Source of the DNA: Eledone cirrhosa
Lineage: Eukaryota
Assembly: GCA_964016885.1 (NCBI GenBank)
Contig: OZ024742.1
Span: 244,094,001-244,158,000 of the forward strand
Direction of reading: 5' to 3'
Length of the DNA: 64,000 nucleotides
Both the position numbers and the translations under genes were made by a program. A model generated the notes under the pieces. The model was not told where the DNA came from. It worked only from the letters and a program-made list of their open reading frames with translations, and ran no database searches. Position 1 is the stretch's first letter, and every line of letters begins with the position of its first letter. Positions 53,337 to 64,000 of the stretch are shown one piece after another.

Positions 53337-55699
53337 AATTTAAAACAGTTTCTCTCTACAAAAGATTATTATCACTACAATGATTTTTCTTATAAAACTT
53401 CTGTTTTTTATACTCATAATGTATTCCACTTAAATATAACTGATATTTGCGTAAGTATTTATAAACATTATCATCATTTTAATATTCGTTTTGCCATGTT
53501 TGCATTGGTTGAATGAGTTTCAGGATGTCTTGCTTACTCATCATGATCATTCATCTGACACACAATAGAGAATAGAGTCAAATTTGTTGTGTATATCATA
53601 TTATTTTTTTTAATGGCTGAATACCGTTCTCACTAGCAACCCCATTACAACACAAACTGGTTGCATGCTATTGTGCCATTGATATTAGAGAAAATATACA
53701 GTAGGACTTAGAGAGATCCTTCTACCCTCTACCCTGTATCAGTGTTTTTATTCAACGTTACTGCCATACTAGATGGGTTCCATGTCCTAGGAGACTTGTC
53801 TAGTCCATGTCTCTTTGATGTGTTCCTGCCTCCTTTTGGCATGGTATTTACCACTGGGTGCTCTTACCACCATATCACCAGTCACCTTTCAGCAAGGACT
53901 GGGTCCATTTTATTGTGACATCTCCATTTAATCTATCCCATTTAGCATGGTTTTTACAACTGGATGTCCTGCCTATCAATAACCATTTTAACATGAACTA
54001 GGTCCATTTTATTGTGCTACTGGCCCTTGAGAGTTTGTACCTGACTAGAATCTTCTCTCACCTATGTTGTCTCTGTTTCTTCCTTCCTCTAATAAAGTTT
54101 AGAGTTGTGAGAAAAATATTGTTTATGAAAATAATCAAATAACTTATGAGGTTTCTTAACACGACAGTCCCTAAAATGTTATTTTATAACTGGAAGTTAT
54201 GCAAATAATCATTGTTACTGGTTGTATACGATTCAAAATATTGTTTGGGAAACAGTTCTAGATTTGAACTTCGCTTTTTAGAATAAGTACTTTCAATTGG
54301 TTACAGTATACGTGAAGGTGCATGGTTTAGTGGTTAGTGGGTTGGTCTCATTATTATAAGGTTGTAGTGTAGATGTCATGTTGCTCCAGTCTACTCAGCT
54401 GAAGAATTAGTACCAGCTGCAGCTGAAGGTTATCTTTGCATTAGACTGGTATCCAGTTTTGTACACGCTCTTCTTCACCCACCAGAAAGTCCCCCATCTC
54501 CAGTTGATCCAGTTAGATCCCTAAGTGAGACGAGCTGAGCTCATAGACGTTATCCAACTACCTTGCTTGTGGTTTACCTCTGGGTCTCCTGCCAGTTGGC
54601 TTTGCCTGTAAAATCAGTTCAGTGATTCTTTCCTTTGATATTCTAACCTCATATCCATAGTATCGGAGATGTGATCTCTAGATTCAAAGAAGTAGTAGCT
54701 CTACCTAGAGCAATTCCATGATCTCTAATGTTACTCTAAAAACCCTTCAGAGGAATCCCATTTTGGCTGCTTGTGTTCACGGTTTTGTACACTCGGTCAC
54801 TTAATTCTACATGAAACTGAGTTAAGCTCCCACTTGACAAGCTTCTAAGCTCAAGAAACACTCTTTTTTAACAGTATAATCATCAAATAAAAAAAGTTGT
54901 GTAAATAATTATATATATATATGCATAATACATGATATCTAATCTAGAAATTATTCACTGAGAATTCTGGTTATGACAGTTTCCACTGCTTAATTATTTA
55001 TAAATCTGTTCTAATAAAATTTATCTGAACATTTCATTAAAAATTAATTTACATGCCCACCATTATCAATATTTATGCTTCACACCAGATTTAGTTGTTT
55101 TATCAAAATAGTATATTTTTAGTTATCCTTGTTGTTCTGAGTATTTCTTTTATTAATTCAAACTTATTAGAACATTCCATATTTTTCCTAGACCATGCTA
55201 GCTGTTACATATCCCCAGTTGCCATTTCATATATTTTTACATTCAAGGTCGATGACAAAACACATGTAACATCACATCAGACAGCTGACATTTTATACAT
55301 AGTGAGAAACAGCCATGCAGTATCAGTAATCAATGCAAATTTCATCGTATTTACTTTTGAACTAGAACCATCAATACAGAACAATGTGTAGTAGTAGTAG
55401 TAGTAGTAGTGCTAGTACTCGTAGTAGTGGTGGAGGTAGTAGTAGTAGTTATTGTTTAGCCTCTGATCAAGATCTATGTTTAAAAAAGAAAGCATTCCAC
55501 CCATGATTATATTATCCCGTCATATTTTCAGATACAGTATATATAATTTATCCATTGTATCTTCCTTTTTAAGACAGTAGGATGTAATTAGAATGAGATT
55601 GGCTACTATTTCTAGCAGACAGCATGACCATGTTGAGGTATATTTAGTTTGTCTAATAGTTGTATAAAGGAACCATTATTTCAGTTCCATCAGTTCAAT

Positions 55700-56110
55700 A
55701 TGTTATACTAATACATACTAACTATCAGTACAGTATTTAGTATACTGGTATATAGTAACTGTTAGTACAGCTTATATATGTATATAGTATACTGGTATAT
55801 ATATATATATATAATGACTATCATTACAGTATATACTGGTATAGAGTAACTATCAGTACAGTGTATAGCAGGCATATCAAATTGAGGGTCTCCCGAGGGC
55901 CACACGGGTCACATATGTGTTGTCTGAGGGCCACACACGACAACTAATTGCTCACATTACAACACATTTTAAACATTTTATATCACAAAGATAAAACATG
56001 CTCGCTTGCGCTGTAAAAAACCTTTCTGTGGGCCTCAGGTGTGCTTGTAAAGGGCCGCATGTTTGATATGCCTGGTGTATAGTAACTCTCAGTACAGCCC
56101 AAGATATACT
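55700..56110. repeat. Degenerate ~30-40-bp tandem repeat interrupted by a MITE
   Basis: TATACTGGTATATAGTAACTATCAGTACAG-like units. Confidence 0.7.
55869..56074. mobile_element. hAT MITE with 13-bp TIRs and perfect 8-bp TSD
   Basis: GTGTATAG|CAGGCATATCAAA ... TTTGATATGCCTG|GTGTATAG. Confidence 0.92.
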
Positions 56111-57464
56111 GCTACAACTAGTACTGATCCTTGTCTCAAAATACACTGTTACAACTAACACTGATCCTCATCCTTATCTTCAAACAGGAGAACTTTGTAT
56201 AAATATTCCTTTATACATTAGATTTTATAAAGGAACAGTAAAAATATTAACATTTGACTAATAAAAACACCAAATGATTTAACTCAGAATATAATTATTT
56301 TTCTTTATTATGTTAAAATTGGTTATCATTTTTTGAAATTAAAGTTCAGTGAAAAACATTTACTATTTTCCTTCTTTAATATGGCTAGGTTTCTCCTTTT
56401 TTTTAACCTTTCATTTAGATTTAGTTGTGTCATCTTTAACTATTTAACTTGAAATATTTATCAAACTTCTCTCTTGTAATCATTTGTTAATATATACCAC
56501 TGGGTATTTTGAAACCACATTTAAAACTAATATAACATTATGGACTTCAACCAGTAAGAAGTAATCGATTTTAGTAAACTACATGATTATAATTTACTTG
56601 GTTAGCACTCTAAAATTATAACTGCTACATGTTATTTCATCAATCCCAATAATTTTGCCATATTGTAGCATGAATTGTTCTACTCTTTATGCATAAAAGT
56701 TCATATTTTATGGATAAATTCAATTGTTTGGCATGTTTGATCATGAAATGCTTAAATGTATTGAAAGAATAAAAATGAAAAACAATATTTTAGGAAAAGC
56801 TGTACTATTTATGTCAGATGAAAATGATTTATAGTCACACATTTAGTCAGTGGATTAGCTCTAATATGTTATTTAAATAACTTATGGCTTCACTTAGTTA
56901 TCAAAACACACTTATTTGCTTGTCAAATTTATTTTATTTGTATTATATCATATACAACCAGCTACTTTACTACACTTACAAAGTGAAATCTTTAGATGTT
57001 TTATATAAGATGTATAAATATTACATAAAAGTACTTTTCACAACTAATGATAATTTATGAAATTTCTGTATAATAAAACCAAATATAATTTACATATATG
57101 TCACAGTCTGACCTGTCAGGAAATACTATTATCTAGTATCATATTTGTTGATGTTGATCAGCTGTGATAAATATATTTGTCCTACAGATAGAGATCTTTT
57201 ATTTTCTATTGTTACATTTAAGTAGCTAGCTTTATCTGTAAGAAAAGAAAACCTTTGTAGAAGCATATGTTAAATCTTGACTTTTCTATCCAATAAAGGC
57301 CACATCAATGATCACCAAAAACATGATAGCTGTAAAGACTTCATAATTTAAGTTATATGTGCAATATATTATTTATTAATTTCAATGGTGGTTACTATGA
57401 TATAGTATAGTGTTAGCAATCCAGTTTCTTTTTTCATTTGTAACTACTTCAGTTATATTATTAA

Positions 57465-57649
57465 CCCTTTCGTTACTATATTTCTAATAAATGACAGTGC
57501 CTATAATTTTGAAAATAATCAAGAACTTAGAAAGATTTGTTTGAAGCATTACTTAACAAAGGTTCTTATATAAAATGACATAAAACAAAGATTTGTATCA
57601 TGGGGGGGGGGGGGGGGGGGGGGGGTCAGGCTGTTTGATATCAGATGGG
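57465..57649. mobile_element. TTAA-flanked MITE (piggyBac-like) containing a poly-G run
   Basis: TTAA|CCCTTTCGTTAC ... GATATCAGATGGG|TTAA. Confidence 0.65.
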
Positions 57650-57689
57650 TTAATGCTGAATGTGCTCAGCTCTTGCGGGAAAGTGGAAG

Positions 57690-57972
57690 TGCAGGTGTTG
57701 AATCACAATAAAATGTACCCAGCCCATTCTGTTGTAGTGCTGGTGCCACGATAAAATGCACCCAGCCTACATAGTAAAGTGCCAGGAAATTCCAGTGGAA
57801 GGGAACCGCAGTAGAGGTAGACCAAGAAAGACCTGGGCAGAGATTGTGAGAGGTGTTTGCGAAGCACTGCGATTCCCAGAGATGACGACGAGTGGAGAAA
57901 TGTTGTGCTGAGAAGGAGCTGTCAAATCCATGCAAGCATGGGAAAACAAACAAAGACGACGACGATGATGAT
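57690..57972 (+). mobile_element. Rearranged RTE 3' fragment with (GAC/GAT)n tail
   Basis: RGRPRKTW-coding segment and a CCATGCAAGCATGGG tail. Confidence 0.65.
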
Positions 57973-58016
57973 ATATATATATATATATATATCATACACA
58001 TATATGCATATACGTA

Positions 58017-58880
58017 TCATCACTGTTTAATGTCTATTTTCCACGCTAGAATGGGTTTGACAGGTTGCCCTATTTGAGGCAAGTTGAAGTTAGATGACCA
58101 TGTCTTGCTCATATAGAACCGATTTGGGTTTGGTTTCTACAGTTGGATTCCCTTCCTAACACCAACCACATTTACAGTGTGTCCTGGGTGCTTTTTGTCA
58201 TGACACCTACACAACGACCTTACAGTATGGGCTAGGCAGTTTTTGTTGTGTCACCATCATGACCACTTTACAGTGTGAGCTGGAGGTTTTGGTGGGAAGG
58301 GTGTATGGGGATTAAGGAGGTGGGTTTGTGGGAGTGGCAGAGTGTTAGGACGTGGGAGGTGTATGGAATGGGGGATAAAGGTGGAGGTGGTGAATACCAG
58401 ATATATGCTTCAGCCTGTACTCATGGGAAGGGAGGTCTTCTGTATTACTGCATAATGCCAAAGATCCCAGTCTTGTGTCATCACCTTTGAGGAGTGCAAT
58501 TGTACAAGGTTAGCTTTTATCACCTCATCCCAAGTCTTCCTATTCCTTGGCTTCCATCAACTTTGAGCGCTCTGCATCTTTTTATATAGCTGTCACCCTT
58601 CATATGCGTGTCATCACCGTTGAGGAGTGCAATTGTACAAGGTTAGCTTTTATCACCTCATCCCAAGTCTTCCTATTCCATGGCTTCCATCAACTTTGAG
58701 CGCTCTGCATCTTTTTATATAGCTGTCACCCTTCATATGCATCACATGTCCATACCAACGCAATCTCCTCTTTTGCACACTGCATCTAATTCCTCTTATG
58801 CCTAGTTTCTCTCTCAGTTCGTTTATGCTTTGCCATTCACGTATATTACTATTACACATTCATCGAAGCATGCAAGCTTC
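58017..58880 (-). mobile_element. RTE 3' fragment with an internal ~130-bp tandem duplication
   Basis: Reads MCNSNIRE..RRLRWYGHVM. 58480-58610 is repeated at 58611-58740. Confidence 0.85.
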
Positions 58881-59910
58881 AATATATATATATGTGTATG
58901 TATCTCGGAAAGTTCAGCCTTCCTTGAGTGCTTGGAAAAATAAATTTCCCCTCTTTCGGTAAACAATATTACTCGGAGCGGCTTGCTTTGCCCCGGGCCC
59001 GCCGCGCCGCCTGTTTTGACCGCCATACTATACTTATACCTATAAACTCCAGGCTTAGGCATAACTGTTAGCTGTATCATGCCTTTACTGGCACGTAAAT
59101 AAACCTCTGATGTGTGAATTAATAGTATTCGTTTGGTATAGACGATGGCCTGTCGAAATTGTAGACTTCCCGCTAGCACACCCGGGGCCTAAGGTAGCTA
59201 CGTTCCTAGAGTAGTCGGAAAAATTTATTTCCATTTCTTTCGCTGGACGATACCACTCAAAACTGGCTGACACGTGGTTAGGAGGTGCTGGCTGGGATTC
59301 ACAATCGAAGGCTTTAATCTTTACTCTATATCCCACCCTGATATTTTATCGAGATTAACTTTTTCATATAAGACTCTCTCTGTAAGTTCATTAAATAAAT
59401 CTCGCTACCTTAACTTTTAATTTTCTAATAATTTTTTAATTTTTTTAATTTTTCAATTTATTATTTTTTAATTTAATTTCACCCTATAACTCGTAACATA
59501 AGTTTAACGTTCCAATTTTCTGTTCACACATTAGACCATACAGACACCCATTATATATTGGCCTTGTGCCTAAAGTAGAAACAATTATATATGCCTTTGT
59601 TAAAATATAGATTCTTTGGAATAACATTTTTCGCGGTGTTTTCTAGCATGACTGTAGTGTGACCCTTACGCTGACTTCTTTCTTTTTTCTTCTTTCTTTC
59701 TTTTTTCTTTCTTCCCCTTTTTTATTCTTTGACGGAGAGGTGGTAGTACATTATAAGCCTTCGCCCCCTCACCAGATGGTCATTAGCAGACCGAGTAGCC
59801 ATCACTTTGAGGGCAACTGGCTGAGGTGAAAGCAGCTAGTTGGTCAGTCGTCCTCTCTGTCTTTGATTTTTCGACCCATGGTTTTTACATATTCCTTTGT
59901 TATATTTTGA

Positions 59911-59968
59911 ATACCCGATGATATCACTGGATTCATATGGAACCCGGTCATTGAAATGATCATAGTAT
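59911..59968 (+). ncRNA. Degenerate minimal hammerhead motif (core variant CCGATGA)
   Basis: atac CCGATGA [long imperfect stem II] GAA A-TGATCA-T A gtat. Palindromic stem III and 4-bp stem I. Confidence 0.5.
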
Positions 59969-60017
59969 AATAAACCTTTCAAGGATTTACACCAGTCCAG
60001 CCTCCTGTTATTTTATT

Positions 60018-60068
<51 letters not shown>

Positions 60069-60621
60069 TAAGTGGGGTGTGGAAGGAATGTGTTCTTGAT
60101 TACAAATATCAACAATGTTTACTCATTACATGGATAATCACAGTTAAATGAAATTTTAACTTGTATATATTACATATGTGAGGCAGTCTGAGTTATTTTC
60201 ACTGAGCCATATATTTGATATTCATTATCAACATCATAATCATTGGTGAGGTTTAATGACAGAGACATACCTGTTGCTTTCACTAGTTGGTTTTAAAGAT
60301 CAGATTCACTGCATTTTCTATACTTTAAACCAAAAATGTTATTAACTGATCTTCACTGAGAGCTATTTCTCTTTGCTATTTTTATATATTAAACATCCCT
60401 CAGGCGAAGTTTTTGTTCATTAACTACTAGAATAATCTCTATTGATTGCTATATTTCTACTCATGAGACTATAATTTATTTACATTTAGTATGCAGAACA
60501 TATTTTCCCATTTGGCCCCATTGTTAATATTTACAATTAGTCCCTTTCTTTAGTGTGTGTGTATGCATGCATGCATGTGTATATATATATATATACACAT
60601 TCATACACACACACACACACA

Positions 60622-60665
<44 letters not shown>

Positions 60666-60666
<1 letters not shown>

Positions 60667-60945
60667 CAGCATCATCATCGTTTAACGTCCATCTTCCACG
60701 GAAGCATGGGTTAGACTGGCTTGTCCCATTTAGAGACAAGTTGGGCTGGGTGACCATGTCTCACACATATAGAACTGTTTCTGGCTGGTTTTCTATGGCT
60801 AGATGCCCTTTCTAGCGCCAACCACATTTACAGTGTGTGCTGGGTGCTTTTTACCGTGTCTTTTACAGTGTGGGCTGAGTGCTTTTTGTCATGGCACCTA
60901 CATGACCACTTTACAGTCTGGGCTGGATGTTTTGTGGTACCAACA
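60666..60945 (-). mobile_element. RTE 3'-UTR/tail fragment
   Basis: ATCATCATCGTTTAACGTCC...GATGCCCTTTCTAGCGCCAACCACATTTACAGTGTG. Confidence 0.85.
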
Positions 60946-61056
60946 TAACATACACACATATATATGTATGTAAAAGGTAAACAGAAATAACAACACAATC
61001 ACTACGGTATATGGAAGGTATATATTAGGTTAACACTTGATATAGCAGGAAGAGGG

Positions 61057-61092
61057 TCTTAACATTTCGGACGCTAGTCCTTCATCAGAAGA
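61057..61092 (-). ncRNA. Penelope-type minimal hammerhead ribozyme motif
   Basis: Minus strand: tctt CTGATGA a ggac-tagc-gtcc GAAA tg T T aaga. Confidence 0.65.
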
Positions 61093-61664
61093 AAGAATGA
61101 GAAATAAAATAGATTAAGGGGACGGGCAGGATGGAATTGGAAAAAATGTCTTTAGATAAAAATAATAGCTCCATTCATGTTGACATCTCTTTCAAAACTG
61201 TTGGTGCTGGCATTATATATATAATAGGTAACTCTTAGTCTTACCAATCGAGTAGAATATGTTTTGCTGATGAGGTCTATTAAGACTGGAATGCATTTTT
61301 GACCAGTTGGCTTTAAAGACCAGATCCATTCCAATCTGCACTGTCTATATAGTAAAACTTTTGATCAAAAGATGATATTGGAGTTATCCAGCTTATTTTT
61401 AAAGATAAGTTACGTATGAAGCCAAAAGCTGAGTGCAATTATAGTTTGATTAAAGACAGAATACAAAGCAACAGGTTCTGAATAGCCGCATCTGTTAAAA
61501 TGTTATTAAGAAAACAGATGTTTGTACACTCTGTAAAGTGGTTGGTGATAGGAAGGACATCAAGCCATAGAAAACCTATCAGCTTAGCTTTACAGAACCA
61601 TGGGTAGGTTCAAGCAGTTTGGTATCAAATAGGTTAACTAAATAGGTTATAGCTCACCTCTTCA

Positions 61665-64000
61665 CCCAGTATCATTCTCCATGCATATCACATGTCCATA
61701 ACAAAGCAGTCCTCTCTCCTGCACACCACCTCGGATTCCTCTTAAACCCAGCTTCACCCACAACTCGTCCAAGCCCTGCCTTTCCCCTCACACTTACATT
61801 ATCCATCCAACGAAGCATGGTTGCTTCATTTCTCTCCAGCCTATGCATGTCTATGTTTCACTACCATGTAGCATAGCACTTCACAGACACATCATACAGT
61901 CATCGTTTTGTACCTCGAGTGAAACCTTTTGTGGGCAACAGTGGGAGTAGCTCTCTAAACTTTTTTTCCTCCTATCCTTATTCTACTTATATGCTCGCAG
62001 GGTACTTTCCTCCATTGCTAATTAAGTTGCCTAGATCGCAGAAGCTATTAACCACTTCTATGGGTCCTTCCTATGACTGAAATAGGTTTACATCCCTGGC
62101 GTCCTTCCCCTCGGTGCATCTTCTATATACAAAGTCTTCCTTTCCTGTTAGTCTACCCATTAGCCAACTACATCTCTTGTGTATCCAAGATTCATATTGC
62201 GTACATCATATGGAGTTATGCCTACTCCCTTTCTACATATTGATCAGGGCACTTCCATGAAGGAATCAGGGTCCTATCTTCTCTCCTACTCACTAATACT
62301 TTAGTTTTGGCTAAGTTTACTCTCAGACGTTTTGATTCCAAATTATATTTCCATAGTTGGAACTTATTTTCTAGGTCTTTAATAGATTCAACTATAAGGA
62401 CCAGATCATCTGCATAGAGAAGTTTCCATGGGCAACTGGTCTTAAACTCCTCTGTTATAGCCTGGAGAACTATAATGAATAGTAGTGTGCTAAGAACTGA
62501 ACCCTGATGAACTCATACTACTACCATGAATTCCTTACTAAACTCACTTCCTACTCTCACTTTACTGACAGCTCCTCTGTACATGGCTTGCACTGCTCTC
62601 ACCAGCCATTCTTCTATACCTAATTTCCTTAAAGACCACCAGATAATAGATCAAAGTAATGAACAATGGCTTATTTTTGGCTAGGAACTTCTCTTTTAGT
62701 TGCCTCACTAAAAAGAGGGCATCTTTAGTACTTTTTCCAGGCATGAAACCAAACTGCATCTCATATAAATTAGACTCTTTCTCTAATTAGTTGAGCTATA
62801 ACTCTTTCCATATATTCATAACTTTTTTATCCATTAGTTTTATTCCTCTTGAGTTGGTCCATTAGTTTTATTCCTCTTGAGTTGCTGCTTTCTAGAGCAT
62901 CATCTTTGCCTTTATAGCAATTTATGATTGTAATACTATGCCACTCATTGGGTATGACACCGTTCTGTATAACCTGATTGACTAGGCGGGTTACTCTAAC
63001 TTCTCCTGATGCTTTTAGCAACTATCTCTGATGGTCCCACAGCTTTACCATTTGTTGTCTCTTTGATTGTTTCTTTAACCCTATAACTGTCAACTTCAAT
63101 GGCTGGTTCTTTCGTTGTGTAGATTAGAGCTATTTTCTCTTCCTCCCATTTATTTTCTACATTCATCAGTCTCTCATATTAACATTTCCAGGTCTCTTTC
63201 TTTTGAGCACCAGTGGTGCTAAATGCACAGGTATCATTTCTAACACACTTTCCCCAACAACATCACGATTCACACTGACACGCTGCCTTGCAATATGGAA
63301 TACTTCATGGCTCTGACCCTCGTGCCTCAACGTTGGCAAATTTTCTTTCTTCAGCCTTTCTCCAAGCTAGCTTTTCTCTTATTTGCCTAGTACCAGTCTG
63401 CTACCCCCATTTCCCCAATATTTCCATGCTTGTCGCCTGGCTTGAATGGCTCTATCCACGGATCTGTTCCACCAATAGGCCACCCTTGTCTGGCTGGTGC
63501 TCTGCTCCAGCCATGACTCTCGCCAGTAGTTCGCAAAAGGTTGTCACGTAAGAATTTCAAGTTGTCCTCTACATTATATGTATCTAGCTTGTTATCCCTC
63601 TCATGAAATGTATCCCATAGGGCCTTTCTAAACTTTCTGTCTCCTTATTTTCTTGCATATCTTGTTCTTGTGTTTATTTTGATGTCGCTAATAACTAACT
63701 GGTGTTGGGTGGTGGATTCTTCCCCAGAGAAGGCCTTTATGTTTATTACAGTCTGTTTATCTTGTTGTCTTACAAGTAAGTAATCAATTTGGCTTTTATG
63801 TGCACCTGATTGATATGAGATCAGGTGGCTGGGTAATTTCCTGAAATTTGTGTTGCAAATGATGAGTTCATTTGCCTTACAGAATTCCAGGAACCTCAAT
63901 CTCTCTTCATTTCTTGAGCCATAACCATAGCTGCCGTGGACTCTACTGAATCCATCCCTGTTCTGCCAAACATGCCCATTGAAGTCGCCTGCCAGGTTGA
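61665..64000 (-). mobile_element. Old, heavily mutated RTE-clade LINE running off the window
   Basis: Fragments GDFNGH, RFLEFCKANELIICNTNFRK, SQIDY, IINCYKGK, RGIKLMDQ, MQFGFMPGKST and LYADDL, with many stops and frameshifts. Confidence 0.9.

Noticed and set aside
61150-61480. Possible RT remnant (IPVLIDLISKTYS)
   Set aside because: The similarity to RTE RT is too weak to annotate without alignment.

Overview
This is AT-rich eukaryotic genomic DNA. The RTE LINEs with (GAT)n tails, tRNA-derived SINEs and long (TA)n/(CA)n microsatellites resemble an octopod cephalopod, which is an inference from repeat content. No complete host gene is recognisable. Almost all long ORFs are transposon-derived: a nested RTE cluster at 10.6-19.9 kb with one near-intact 4.2-kb copy, further decayed RTE and CR1-like LINEs, two CRE-clade fragments, two hAT transposase remnants, hAT and TTAA (piggyBac-like) MITEs, and Penelope-like remnants. 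A CpG-enriched, TE-poor block at about 27.6-33 kb looks like the promoter and first exon of a long-intron + strand gene. The most interesting observations are: a candidate recursive-splicing site with a 25-nt RS-exon (53306-53330); three minimal hammerhead ribozyme motifs, one next to a 130-nt multibranch RNA structure; a C4HC3 PHD-type finger inside the RTE reverse transcriptase; a 250-bp near-perfect palindrome and other inverted repeats (candidate dsRNA/ADAR substrates); and an unexplained CpG-rich, coding-like insert at 58.9-59.55 kb. All calls were made by eye and no database search was run.
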